This document shows, piece after piece, positions 51,070-64,000 of a DNA stretch of 64,000 nt. Within the stretch, counting starts at the first letter, position 1. Each line of letters opens with the position of its first letter. A program made the position numbers and the translations under genes. Origin of the DNA: Octopus bimaculoides (lineage: Eukaryota); NCBI RefSeq assembly GCF_001194135.2, contig NC_068981.1:197033757-197097756 (forward strand). The letters are read 5' to 3'. Under the pieces are notes generated by a model. The model saw nothing but the letters and a program-made list of their open reading frames with translations, made no database searches and was not told the DNA's origin.

Positions 51070-52949
51070 AATGGAGTTCACAACACCATTTCTTGTTCCC
51101 TTGTCATTTTAATTTCTTATACACACACACACACATACACATATATATATATATATATAAAACCACTCTGCTGAGTGGTTGGTGTTAGGAAGAGCATCCA
51201 GCTGTAAAAATGCCTCCAAAATAGTCACAGAAGTCTGGGGCAGGCTTCTGCCTGGCTGGCTCCTGTCAACCCATCCCACCCATGCCATCATGGAAGGTGG
51301 ACGTTAAATGATGATGATAGCAATACATTTTGCACTGTGGGCTATTCCTTGCATCAGCTGTCCATTCCAGATCAGAACATCTTCAGTATTCTCTGACTGG
51401 ACTCTATCCCCCACTTCCTCACTTCAGTGGTGCCAAACATCACTAAGGAATGTCCAGATTTTTTTGGCCCACCCTGTAACATGCATTTTTTAATCGTCCG
51501 TCAACCATACAGTCACCACCACCACCTGGGTGCCTCTCTAACCCCTATAAGCACCCAACAACTATTTGGTTTTACTATTTGAACTTACCCAGCCATGACA
51601 CTTCTCTTTTCTCTAACTTGAGGGATTACACCCTCACTCATCTTCATCACCATCTTCTTTCTTTTCCAACTGAGGTAATAACCATGTATCTGCCTCACAG
51701 CAAGACATCCTGTTCCTCTCTCCGCCATTATACATTAGCCCCTAATCACCTGGTGTAAAGCCACTTGCCTCAATACTACAACCCCATGTCCTCGGTTGAG
51801 GGACCTTGTCTTGTATGCTACATCTTGACCCCATTAGTGCCAGTGCCACATAAAAAGTCACTCAGTGCATTCTGTAAAGTGGTTAGCATTAGGAAGGGCA
51901 TCCAGCCATAGAAACCCTGCCGAATCAGACTGGAGTTTGGTACAGTCCTGTCACTCCCCAGCTCCTGTCAAATTACTCAACCCATGCCAGCATGGAAAGC
52001 AGGTACCAAATGATGATGCTGATCAGGACTCCATCCTGAGATTTTCTTCCCTGTCCCTCAGCGTCAGTCTTTCTCTCTTGTGTCCGTCATATCCATGAAC
52101 AAACACATTCTCTGATGCCTCCTTTCATTTAGGAATCTCTGCTCTGCTCTCCTTCCTATGTCTGATACCAACAAACTGGAACTTAACGGACTCTAGCAAC
52201 AACAGTCACTCAACATCAGTCTTCTGCCGTTCTTGCATCTCACATCACTCCCTAATTCCCTTTTAGGCCCCTTTATTTATCTATAATCGTCAACTCCATT
52301 ACAGCCGATCTTACTAATCAGTTTTGCACACACATTATCAGATAACTGGATTGTTATGTAATACATGTGCTCCTCACAGATGGTAGGTATGGAAAAAAAA
52401 TAAGGCCATATTTTTTCCACATTTGCCATCTCAGAAAGCACATTGCTAAGATCAGCTGTAATGGGTCTATAATACTGTAAACATTGATCAATATACACAC
52501 TCTATTGATAAATATACAAATGGCTATTTTTCTCAACTTATACATTCTAAACAACTATATATTACATGTATGTGTGTATATATGTATGTATGTAGTTACA
52601 TGTACATATATATGTATATATATATATATGTATGTATATATGTACATATATGTATGTATATATATATGTATGTGTATGTATGTATGTATATATATATGTA
52701 TGTATATGTATGTATATATATGTGTGTGTATGTGCATATATGTATGTATGACGATGATGATAATTAAGATAATGAAAACGATGATAGTGTGGGTGACAAT
52801 GATGGTAATGACAACAACAATGATGATGATGATGATGCATCCATGCAATAGGATGTTTAAACATTCTCAGAGTTTCCTATTTTGTGCTGTCCTTCAGGTT
52901 ACAAAAAAAAAAGGTGAATGGTTTAACTTGCTTAAGAGATTCATGAACT

Positions 52950-53600
52950 CAGGTTGTTTGTCTGTCCCATTATTCAGTTTACTTTTGTCAGATTTGGTCT
53001 ACTGATAATGGAATGGTATTTTTGGTCAGTATTTATTCATAGGTGTGTCCATTTATAGAATTGCAACTTTTTGGAGATTTGAATCAAAATGTTATACTTC
53101 TCAGCCTGACATAAGATGCATTTCTTTCTTTTGATGGAATATGATGTTGCTGACAATAGTCCAATTTATAGGAATATGGTCTCTTCCACTCACTTTCAAT
53201 TTCCAGATATATTGAGATAGGGAAGTGGAAAGTATCCTTCTTCTAGAGCAGATAGAATGAGTCTGCTGTCTCTCTGATTTTGAATGTGTTTCCTGTGAGC
53301 CCTATGTAGTTCTTTTCGGTATCATTTATGGATGTTATTTTCGGACTGTGTACAAGCTTCTTTGTGAGACATTTGTCTTTAAGTGTAAAGAACATGGTCC
53401 TCTTGCAGTTTCATTCTTGTGAATGGATTCAAGTGTTTCCACTTGCTTAACTTGGATTAGGGTTGGATTTTTAGGCCATGATGTTTTACAAGCAATTGTA
53501 GCTCACTCTTAAATGTTGCTTTCTTTATTAAAGTCCATATTTGCAACTGGTAGGGAAATCTTTTCTCTTTTTTGTCACTTAGAGGAAATTTTTAGTTATG
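52950..53600 (-). mobile_element. Degenerate second Penelope-like element (GIY-YIG region)
   Basis: Broken frames: LRVSYNCL*NIM ... KDKCLTKKLV...TEKNYIGLTGNTFK...STSLSQYIWKLK. Confidence 0.7.
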
Positions 53601-54453
53601 TTCAAAGCTTTGTCCGTGCCACCAGCATAGTTTCTTCATTTTACTACACCACACAGTTTATTCTACATTATTTGAATTCTGTTGTAAAGCAACATTTGAT
53701 GAAGGTGTGGTTGTAGGAGAGAGGGCACCACCCATGAATATACCCCTTTCACTGGATAGATTCATAGTTCTTCTACAAGGGTTTGGTAGGAATGTACCAT
53801 AAGAGTGTCCCCAGCATAAAGTGTTGGTAGACAAGAGGTGTAGCAGCATGGAAAGGAGGCAAGACAAGGTAAGACTGCATTGCAGTAGATTGATGTGAGC
53901 AGCTAGCAGTTAAGTGCAGCCATGAAATAAAGTCTTTGAAATACTTACAGGGTTCCATAGAAGTAGTTGATAGCTTTTGTTAAGTTGGTGACCCAATTAA
54001 CAGTTATTAATTATCTAATTAGCAGTGAAGGGGGATGCTGTGAGAATAGAGTAACTAGAATAAGAACATGATTCTCTCTTTCTATGTGGTTGGGAAGCAA
54101 ACTTCTTATCACAAGCCAAGCCCACATACACACACACACACACACACACACATACATATATATATATATGTGTGTGTGTGTGTATATTATTGCTCCACTG
54201 TCATTGAGTTCTGTTACCCATGATTTAGATAGAAAAATTATTTTCTATATGTTCATGACATATTTATACCGTTAACTACAATGCACATGCACACATTTGA
54301 AATTAAATAAACGACAAATGGACAGGAGTATGCAATGAACTTCATAAGCTTACGGTTGTTTCTGCTATCAGATACAGTGCACTCCTACTTGGGTGCTTGT
54401 GTATCACTGTATGGCTTCATTAGAGCTTCAAAAATATTATATATATATATATA

Positions 54454-54518
<65 letters not shown>

Positions 54519-54716
54519 GGCCTTGTGTCTCAAGTGTGGTGGCCATGCTGGGGCACCATCATTAGCTTTGCTACATTTTCACTACTTGTAAACTCCTCCG
54601 ATATGTGGAATTTGGTGAATGAGGGAGTTTGATGTGTGTGTGTGTGTATTTGTGTAAAGACGGTTGTGTAAACAACAAACAGATGTATTAGTTTAATGCT
54701 TTGGAAGTGAGAAAGT

Positions 54717-54752
54717 CTTTTACGTTTTGAGCCTACGCTCTTTGACAGAAAG
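54717..54752 (-). ncRNA. Degenerate minimal hammerhead motif
   Basis: CTTT-CTGTCAA-A-GAGC-GTAG-GCTC-AAAAC-GTA-AAAG. Stems intact; three core substitutions. Confidence 0.5.
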
Positions 54753-55879
54753 GAACACAGAAATAAACAGAGAGAGAGAATAGAAAAAGGTTTAGTGGCA
54801 AGCGATCTATCATGGTGAATGTTTATATGTATTCATGTATATATTTGTATATTTCTGTATGTATGTGTATACATGCACATGCTTGTGTGTATATGTATAT
54901 ATATATGTATGTATAGATAGATAGATATGTAGGTGTTTATATATATAGGTAAGTAGACGATGAATATTATTTCTGGAATTTTCTTTGGAATCTCTGACTG
55001 ACATTGGTAGCTGAAACAGCCATAAGCAATGTCAGTTTTGTATTAAAAAACAATTAACCCTTTGTTTGTTTGTTGATCAAAGGTTTTCTCCATTTTCTGC
55101 TTATTTTAAATTTTATATATGTAAGTATATATATANNNNNNNNNNNNNNNNNNNNNNNNNNNNNNNNNNNNNNNNNNNNNNNNNNNNNNNNNNNNNNNNN
55201 NNNNNNNNNNNNNNNNNNNNNNNNNNNNNNNNNNNNNNNGTCAAAAATTATGCACATTCTTGTTTTTCAATGTCATCATCATCGTTTAACATCCAATTTC
55301 CATGCCGACGGGTTGGACGGTTTGGCTGAGGGCTGGCAAGCCAGAAGGCTGCACCAGGCTCCAATCTGATCTGGCAAAGTTTCCTGGCAACGACCACGTT
55401 CAAACATGTTTTTTACATGCCACCTGCACAGGAGCCAGTCTGGTGACACTGGCAACAACCACGCTCAAATGTTGTTTTTCATGTGCCACCAGCACATGTA
55501 CCAGTAAGGTGACACTGGCAACGATCACGCTCGAATGGTGCTTTTTACATGCCTCTGGCACAGGAGCCAGTCAGTGGCCCTGGCAACAATCATGCTTGGA
55601 TGGTGCTTTTAACGTTCCACTGGCACAAGTGCCAATCAGGCAGTACTGTCACCAGCCACCTCAGCGATTTTGACTTTGATTTCACTTGCCTCAACAGGTT
55701 TTCGCAAGCAAAGTTCATTGAGCAATGAATGAAGGGTACTCATAAGTGGGCTGGTTATACACCACTGGTATAGGCCACGGGTTATGGTCTCACTGTGCTT
55801 CAGAAGACCCTGCAAGCCATTGCAGGGTCTTCTCAAGCACAGCATATCTCCAAAGGTCTTGGTCACTGTATTTATACAA

Positions 55880-56840
55880 AAGCAGGGGATAAACAAGTCC
55901 GTCATATTTCTATATAGTCTTCTTCCTTTTTGATGCACTTGGTCCAACTCTCCATAAGCTTGCATATTCCCTCCAAGAAGAAGGTTTCCGGTTGGTCGTG
56001 CAAACCATTTATGCACCACTTCCTTCACATCTTCATCTGTAGGAAATTGACGACCTTGTAAACTATCTTTGAGTGGTCCAAAGATACAATAGTCAGAAGG
56101 GGTGAGATCTGGGTTGTAGGCAAGTTGTTCCAGCACCTCAATACTCAATTGGTTAATGATTTCCACAGTCTGGGTGGCTGTGTGTGGACATGCATTGTCA
56201 TGCAACAACAAAACTTTCTTTGACAATAGGTTTCAGCATTTGGTGTAAATTGCGGGTTTCAGTTTGTATATTGCATTGCATCTTGCACTGTTGATCATAC
56301 ACCCCTTTTCTAGGTTGTCTTCCAGTATAGTCCTTTTTGAGTCCCAAAAAAGGGTTAGCATTACCTTTCCCACAGAAGACTGAGTCTTGAATTTCTTTGT
56401 CGCTGGCAAGCCAGGATATTTCTATCCATACTCTGTCTTTTGGCTTCTGCCACATAAAGATGGACCCACGTTTCATCTCCTGTGACTATTCTGCTCAAAA
56501 ATTCCTCACCCTTATTGTAGCAATCAAGAAAACATTGGCAGACCTCAAGACATTTGCACTTGTGCCCTGCAGTAAGCTCTCTTGGCACCTGTCTTGCCCC
56601 CAATGATTTTCAGCCCCTGACATGCCTTCCAACCAGAGAAATCAGATCACTGCTTTTTGTTCTTCCTTGGTGCACATTGCCAGTGGAGTGGCCATGCTTA
56701 CACTGTAAAGCCGGAAAGAAAAATGGCACGATTAGACTCAAACTTCAATCATGTGACCATGATAGTACCAACTGTAAAACACGTATGCACAGAAGGCAGT
56801 GTGACAATAATAAAGATATGTTATTGCAAAAGTGCAGATA
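55880..56840 (-). mobile_element. Mariner-family transposase pseudogene (DD34D-type)
   Basis: FLSRIVTGDETWVH ... LLLHDNACPHTA ... AYNPDLTPSDYCIFGPLKDSLQGRQF, spread over frameshifted ORFs. Confidence 0.9.
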
Positions 56841-57397
56841 ATTTTTTACTTTTCCTGGTATATATGTGTATATATATATATATATATATCATATTAGGGG
56901 CGAAATCAAAACCAAAACAAAACATGTATCTCAAGTCATTTAGAATAATTAATTATGGTAATTGGAAGTCTTACCCTAATTAAATTATTCTAAATGACTT
57001 GAGATACTCATTCTACTTTGGTTTTGATTTTCCCCTAATATAATATATATATGTTATAACAGAACCCTAATATGGATCCCTAGGTCCAGCCTTAGCTGTG
57101 ATTTTGGAACCTAATGGTATACTTACCCAGTGTACCTATTCGCTTAGATCACAGGTGAGCTAAACCTCTCATATTCTTTATATATATACATATATATATT
57201 ATTATTATTATTATTATCATTATTAAATAAGAATGTTGTTGACAGTGACTTCGAAATGTCAAAGTCACAATCAATAACATTCTTGTTTAGGAATAATAAA
57301 CTCATACCCTACAGAAATATAGAGTAACCCCCTCAGATTAATATAAAATTGTTTTTACTATAACTGAACAATATGTGACAATTATTCGGTTACCATA

Positions 57398-57456
57398 ATA
57401 AGACTCTCAGTTTCGGATGTCAGGGCGGAAACCTGCTCCAGCATCTCGTCAGTCAT
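57398..57456 (-). ncRNA. Type I hammerhead ribozyme, left arm of an inverted repeat
   Basis: ATGA-CTGACGA-GATG...CATC-C-GAAAC-TGAGA-GTC-TTAT. Core intact, GUC cleavage triplet. Confidence 0.7.
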
Positions 57457-57492
57457 CAAGGCAATAAAAGAATGCATATTTTGATTGCCTTG

Positions 57493-57549
57493 ATAACTGA
57501 CGAGATGCTGGAGCAGGTTTCTGCCCCAACATCCGAAACTCAGTCTTAT
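57493..57549 (+). ncRNA. Type I hammerhead ribozyme, right arm of an inverted repeat
   Basis: ATAA-CTGACGA-GATG...CATC-C-GAAAC-TCA-GTC-TTAT. Stem I ATAA/TTAT, core intact, GUC triplet ending at 57545. Confidence 0.72.
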
Positions 57550-57664
57550 TATGGTAACCAAATATTTGTCACATATTACAGATAAATTCCTCTATTTACA
57601 TAATATCGAGGTCTCATTCATTCTTTTATTGTCTCACCACCATTACTATTTTTTATATATATAT

Positions 57665-57702
<38 letters not shown>

Positions 57703-58344
57703 GTGTGTGTGTCATTGTGTATGTCTATGTACATATGTGTGTTTGTGTGCTATGTGTGTGTGTATATATCTACACAGATATTATTTATTTATTAGTGTGT
57801 AAGAGAGAGAAAGGGCCAGTGTGTACAATAATAACCGTAAACCAGATTTTTTTTTCCTCTAAATGCAACATGACTCTGAAGTGTATTTTAATTACCTATA
57901 CTAATTACCTACACTAATTATTATAATTCTATTTACAGCTTATTCTTATTGGATTGTTTGCTTTTTTAATTAAACGGAAATTAACCTTTTCAAAACGTGT
58001 CTCTGTTAATCTATCACAGCTCTTGTTCTACTCGTTATCAGCCCCAGTTTTCAGCATTGCTTTGGTCAATTCATCTTCAGTCTCTCACTCTGCTGTCTTC
58101 TCAGTATGCCTGGTGAAAAACACTTGTGCACTCTCTGATGTGGCCTTTGTTTGTTTTTTCAATTATACGATAGGAAAATAATGAAGATAGAGAGCTTATT
58201 ACAAAAAAAGAAAAAGAAAAGAGAAATGTTAACGAATCTTTATATTTCAAGCATAACGACCCATCATCAGGAATGAATAAAGAAAAGAAATGAGTCTATA
58301 CCAGCAGTTCTCAACAGTGGCTCCGATTTCTCCGGTCGAAAGGT

Positions 58345-58780
58345 GTGTCAGGTGCTGAAATTCATCAGAGGTTTTTAGCACAATATGGTGACAGTGCACT
58401 GCTATGTAGTAGTGTGTATGGGTGGATTGAGAAGTTTAAAAGTGGGTGGACAAGCATGACACACGAAGAGGGAGCAGGATGTCCGTCATCCTCCACCACT
58501 GATGAGAAGATTCAGCAAGCTCGAGAGATGGTAATGATGAACCAGTTTACCATTACCATCTCTCGGATCACTGCTCTTTGTTCTTCTTTGGTGCACATTG
58601 CTTGCGGAGCAGCCATGCTTACAGTGTAAAGCCAGAAAGGAAAATAGCATGATTAGACTCAAAACTTCGATCACGTTACCAAAATAGTACCAACTCTAAG
58701 CATGCATGTGCAGAAGGCAGTGTGACAATAATAATGATATGTTATGGCGAAAGTGTAGATACGTTTTGAGTTCCCCTTAT
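58345..58780. mobile_element. Rearranged mariner fragment
   Basis: A plus-strand N-terminal HTH piece (GAEIHQRFLAQYGD...VYGWIEKFKSG) is fused to a minus-strand 5' end similar to 56650-56830. Confidence 0.7.
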
Positions 58781-59969
58781 AGTTATTAGGGACATTTGAT
58801 AACAACTTTGAAACTTCCATAGTTGATAACTTCTATTGCAAGTTGCTTGGTGACTCAGTTGGTGTCGATACCATGTAAAAAGCATCCAGTACACTCGGTA
58901 GTTTTTGGCATTAGGAAGGGCATACAAACCAGGCCAGGACAAACAATGGCGACTGGTGCAGCCTCACTAGTTCCCATCAAACCATTACACCCATACCAGG
59001 ATTTAACATTGGTGTTAAATAACGATGGTGATCATCATCATCGTCATTTAATGCCCATGATCAATGCTAGCATGGGTTGGATGGATTGAGAAGATCCAAT
59101 GGGCACAAAGACAGCATCATGCTCCAGTTTCTGTTCTGACAAAATTTCTACAACTAGATGCCCTTCCTAATGCTAACCATTTACAGTGTACCGGCACTAA
59201 CAAGATTGCTATAAAGCTTGTGAGATACTTCCCCATCTTCTGCGACCATGTGGCATATGGTTGACCAATACGAACTGTCAACCCAGATGGATCTTCAGTG
59301 AAGAGAACACAGTAGCAGGGTCTAACTCGGGGAAACTAAGCAACATGGCCAGACACTTTGTGCCGATGCTCCTAAATCATACAAGTGACATGTGGAGTAT
59401 TAGCTTACACGAGGGATGTCAACTGAAATGAGCTTAGGAGAAAATCTGAAACAAGAGGGATTCAATGTGGTGCACAAGAGAGAAGAATGAAACAGTATGG
59501 CAATTGAAGGGTGACAGTTTGGGAAGGAAATGGTAAAAGAAAGGAAGTTCCGTGAGAGTCTGGACAAAGGAAGACTTGGAAAGAAATGGTAAAGAGTTTG
59601 GCCCTTGCAAAGATGATGACAATGACAGAAGAGTAGCATAACAGGGATGTAACAAGAACAGTGTAACAGCAATGTATCAGTAATGTAACAAGGGTGTTGT
59701 AACAGTAATAAAACAGGTATGTAACAAGAATGTAACATGAACGTAACAAGAACATGACAGCTGCTGTAATAAGTAAAAAGACAAACCAAATTAGTTTTGT
59801 AGTCGACTTTATTGGTACAAAGTGTAATTAAAATACATAAAATGTGTTTTGGTAGCGAAACTACTCTATACCAGTGTCTCAGAGTTGGTGCAATATGTAG
59901 TAGTAGTAGTAGTAGTACAAGCTATACAGCATGGTTAGAACAACAATATAGAAATTAGCATAGATTTTA

Positions 59970-60001
<32 letters not shown>

Positions 60002-62735
60002 ATGCTCACACATAAATATGTAATGTGCGAATGTGTGTGTGTGTGTATTCATATATGTACAGTTATATATATATATATATATGAATATTAATGCATGTGT
60101 GTATGTATATATATTTGTTCATAAAATTGTGTGTGTGTGGTCAAGCAAGCCCCCAGGTTGTATCATTGACAGATTACCAATCAAAGTCTATTTTCGCAAT
60201 GAAATGACTGGGGGGGGGGGACCAAAATGACCCCCAGTTGCTCCCCGAACAAGTTGGTGTCGTTATCTCCCTGCCCACCTATCGTCATCATCGTCATCAT
60301 CATCATCATTACCACTAGGCACCAAACTATCATTTAATTATCGTCAAGTAATTAATAATTAATACATATAAATTTTCCTTGCCAACCAGCCATCCAACCA
60401 ACCAACCAACCAACCAACCGACCAACCGGCAGAACCAATGAGGAAACCCTCTTCTCACTCAACCTGCTAGAAATAGCAGCGAAATCTCCCTCAAAATATG
60501 ATAATGTAGTCATAGATTTCCCCTGAAAAGACAGGATGGTCACAACTGGAATGTCTTTGATCAGAAGTGTGTTCCCTAAGAAATTACTTGGGGGTTATAC
60601 GACATCAACAACATTGGGTTTCATATCTTTCATAAAAACACTAGGCATGTCTCACAAGCGAGGTACCATACCAACCCTCACACACACACAAGGTACCTCA
60701 CCAATCTATATACACAAGGTACCATACTGAGTGACACACACGGTTCAACACTCCTACTGATACATGGTACCATGCAAACTACACTCATACAAAAGGTACC
60801 ACAACTATGTACCACCAATCAACATCACCAGGTACCACACATTCCCACCAGTCCCAAACACTAAGTACCTACTAACAATTTCAATGGGAAACCAATGACT
60901 ACTTTTGATCTACAGCAAAGTGTCACATGACAGGAAGATTACATAAACATACATACATTATATATGTACACACAAACACATATACATACACACACACATA
61001 TACATATATGCACACACATACACACATATATAAACACATATACGCATGCAAACACATATATATACACACTCACATACATACACATATATATATACACACA
61101 CACATACACACACTCACACGCATTACTAAACTTGGGGATGGTTGTCTTTTGCCAATTAAACACTGACGCTTATTTGGTTTACCCTTTGGTTTTGCTATTA
61201 TTATTATTATTATTATTATTGTTATATTTGCTAGTCAAAGTTTTTTATACTACACACTCTGTGACCTCTTCATTGGTTCTCTATCCCATGTGTCTCCTTT
61301 TGTCCTCCAGGCAGAACAATAAACTAAAAATAATAAAGCTAAAGAGAAAATCAAATAAACAGTGTGGGTGTTTAATCAGCAAAAGATGACCCTCCCAAAA
61401 TATAACAATATCTGTTTCAACACCCAATCAAGAATCGGGCAAAACAAATACGCAAACATAAAGATATATATACACATATACATACACACACACACATATA
61501 TTCTTTTAATTGCTTCAGTCATTTGACTGCAGCCATACTAGAGCACCGCCTTTAGTGGAACAAGCCGACCCCAGGACTTATTCTTTCTAAGCCTAGTACT
61601 TATTTTATCGGTCTCTTTTGCCGAACAGCTATCTTATGGGGACCTAAACACACCAACTTTGGTTGTCAAACAATGGTGGTGGGGACAACCACAAATACAT
61701 ATATATATACACACATATATATGTGTGTGTGTGTATTTGTGTATATATATATATATATATATATACAAATACATATAATTGAAAAGAAAGAGGAGAGTGG
61801 AGATTTAGTCACATCCCAAACTTTCTATTAAAAAAAAGTTTTCTACAACATACATAACAATGCCCAACATATGTTTCTGCTGCAGCAACTGTACATTGCT
61901 CTGTATGCAATTATGCATCCTAGTCGCTGCAGTTTCCTCAAGGGTCCATCACATACAAGGTCTTCAAAGTGAACTAATTCAAACACGTGTCCTGCATTGG
62001 TATTCAGTTGAAGGTGATAGTGTTACTTATTAAATCAAATTGAATTCTACTCTTATAATCACTTCTGCTGCTATTACAGTTGAAGCGTGGCTTATAAAAT
62101 GTTTATTTATATTACAAGTAACTGTAGCAGTTTTGTTTACATTTTACCCTGTGGAGTATATTATAGATTCAACTGTAATACCAACAGAGATGATTATCAG
62201 ACCAGAATTCAATTCAATTCAAAAAGTAATGCTATAAGCTTGTTTGAATTAGTTTTGGATGTGAAAGACAACAAATAGAAGTGTGTCTGTGGTGCTAAAA
62301 AGCCATTGCTTAATTAATTAAATAATGCCTTTTTAGCACCACAAATACACTCTTATTTGTTTTTCCTCCATTTTCTGATTGTCTATATATACATTAAACT
62401 ACCATTTACCCCTTAAATTATCTGCTGCCGTATTACCTTATACCAAGGACCATACTTATGCAGGTAACTACCAGGAGTGCCTCTGGATACTTCTATCCCT
62501 AAGAGGGCTTAACACCTCTAACTTATACCTTACATAATATATATATATTAAAATTAAATATATGATAAAGTCTATATAAGAATTTAACAGCTAGTCAGTG
62601 TGAAAACCTTAAAAGGGAAAAGTTTATAATTATTCCCTTTGCACTACATTTATTATATTAAGGGCATTACTACATGTAAATGCCTCACGCTATGAGGGAC
62701 TCTTAAAGTCAAAACTACTATAATAAATATACTAT

Positions 62736-62774
<39 letters not shown>

Positions 62775-63743
62775 NNNNNNNNNNNNNNNNNNNNNNNNNN
62801 NNNNNNNNNNNNNNNNNNNNNNNNNNNNNNNNNNNNNNNNNNNNNNNNNNNNNNNNNNNNNNNNNNNNNNNNNNNNNNNNNNNNNNNNNNNNNNNNNNNN
62901 NNNNNNNNNNNNNNNNNNNNNNNNNNNNNNNNNNNNNNNNNNNNNNNNNNNNNNNNNNNNNNNNNNNNNNNNNNNNNNNNNNNNNNNNNNNNNNNNNNNN
63001 NNNNNNNNNNNNNNNNNNNNNNNNNNNNNNNNNNNNNNNNNNNNNNNNNNNNNNNNNNNNNNNNNNNNNNNNNNNNNNNNNNNNNNNNNNNNNNNNNNNN
63101 NNNNNNNNNNNNNNNNNNNNNNNNNNNNNNNNNNNNNNNNNNNNNNNNNNNNNNNNNNNNNNNNNNNNNNNNNNNNNNNNNNNNNNNNNNNNNNNNNNNN
63201 NNNNNNNNNNNNNNNNNNNNNNNNNNNNNNNNNNNNNNNNNNNNNNNNNNNNNNNNNNNNNNNNNNNNNNNNNNNNNNNNNNNNNNNNNNNNNNNNNNNN
63301 NNNNNNNNNNNNNNNNNNNNNNNNNNNNNNNNNNNNNNNNNNNNNNNNNNNNNNNNNNNNNNNNNNNNNNNNNNNNNNNNNNNNNNNNNNNNNNNNNNNN
63401 NNNNNNNNNNNNNNNNNNNNATGTTTAGAACAGCCCTGGGGGGGGGTTATGGAGAGGTGGGGCAGAGGTGTTGTGTGTGGAGGGGGGGACATGTGGTGAT
63501 GAGTGCACGTGGGAGGGTGGGGGTGTTTATGTGTGTGGGATGGTCAGTGAGGCTGATAGATGGTGATGGTGGGGGGAGGTGCATTGGGTGAATGATCAGA
63601 ATGTGTAGTTGTGTGTGTGTAGATGTGTGTGTAGGTGTGTGTGTGTAAAAGGTATCAATTAACCTTATTTCAGTGGGACAGTATATATATACATATGTGA
63701 GTGTGTGCATGCGCATGTGTGTATAGATATATATACGTGTGTA

Positions 63744-63775
<32 letters not shown>

Positions 63776-64000
63776 CATACATACATATTTGCATATATCA
63801 TCATCATCATCATCATCATCATATATGCAAATATATATATATATGTATATATATGTATATATATATATATATGTATATATATGTATGTATATATATATAT
63901 ATATATGTATATATATGTATGTATATATATATATATATGTATATATATGTATGTATATATATATATATATGTATATATATGTATGTATATATATATATAT

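Noticed and set aside
52484-53005. 173-aa ORF rich in Y, M, I and V
   Set aside because: It is a translation of (TA)/(TG)/(ATG) microsatellites.
58238-58275. Hammerhead-like CTGATGA…GAAA on the minus strand (and a weaker one near 62690-62720)
   Set aside because: The stems do not pair convincingly, so these cannot be distinguished from chance or very old relics.

Overview
Repeat-rich eukaryotic genomic DNA, most likely from an octopus/cephalopod (inferred from repeat content and a mollusc-like ND1 insert). There are 7 N-gaps. Two genes sit head-to-head about 0.3 kb apart. On the minus strand are the first two coding exons of ITFG1 (TIP/LINKIN), which runs off the left edge. On the plus strand is a nearly complete PHKB (phosphorylase kinase beta): 22 coding exons traced from ~6.4 to 48.8 kb with GT-AG sites and matching phases, ending in the CaaX motif CLLS, with about 90 aa missing near a gap. 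Human ITFG1 and PHKB have the same divergent arrangement. Introns and the downstream 15 kb hold SINEs, LINE remnants (RTE, CR1, R4-like), two Penelope-like GIY-YIG remnants, Tc1/mariner relics, MITEs and a mitochondrial ND1 insert. The most unusual signal is a set of hammerhead ribozyme motifs. These comprise a tRNA-headed SINE whose four-copy consensus rebuilds a minimal hammerhead and which occurs twice as inverted pairs, an inverted repeat with two intact hammerhead cores, and several stand-alone minimal hammerheads. All homology calls come from reading the sequence and recalling the families; no searches were run.
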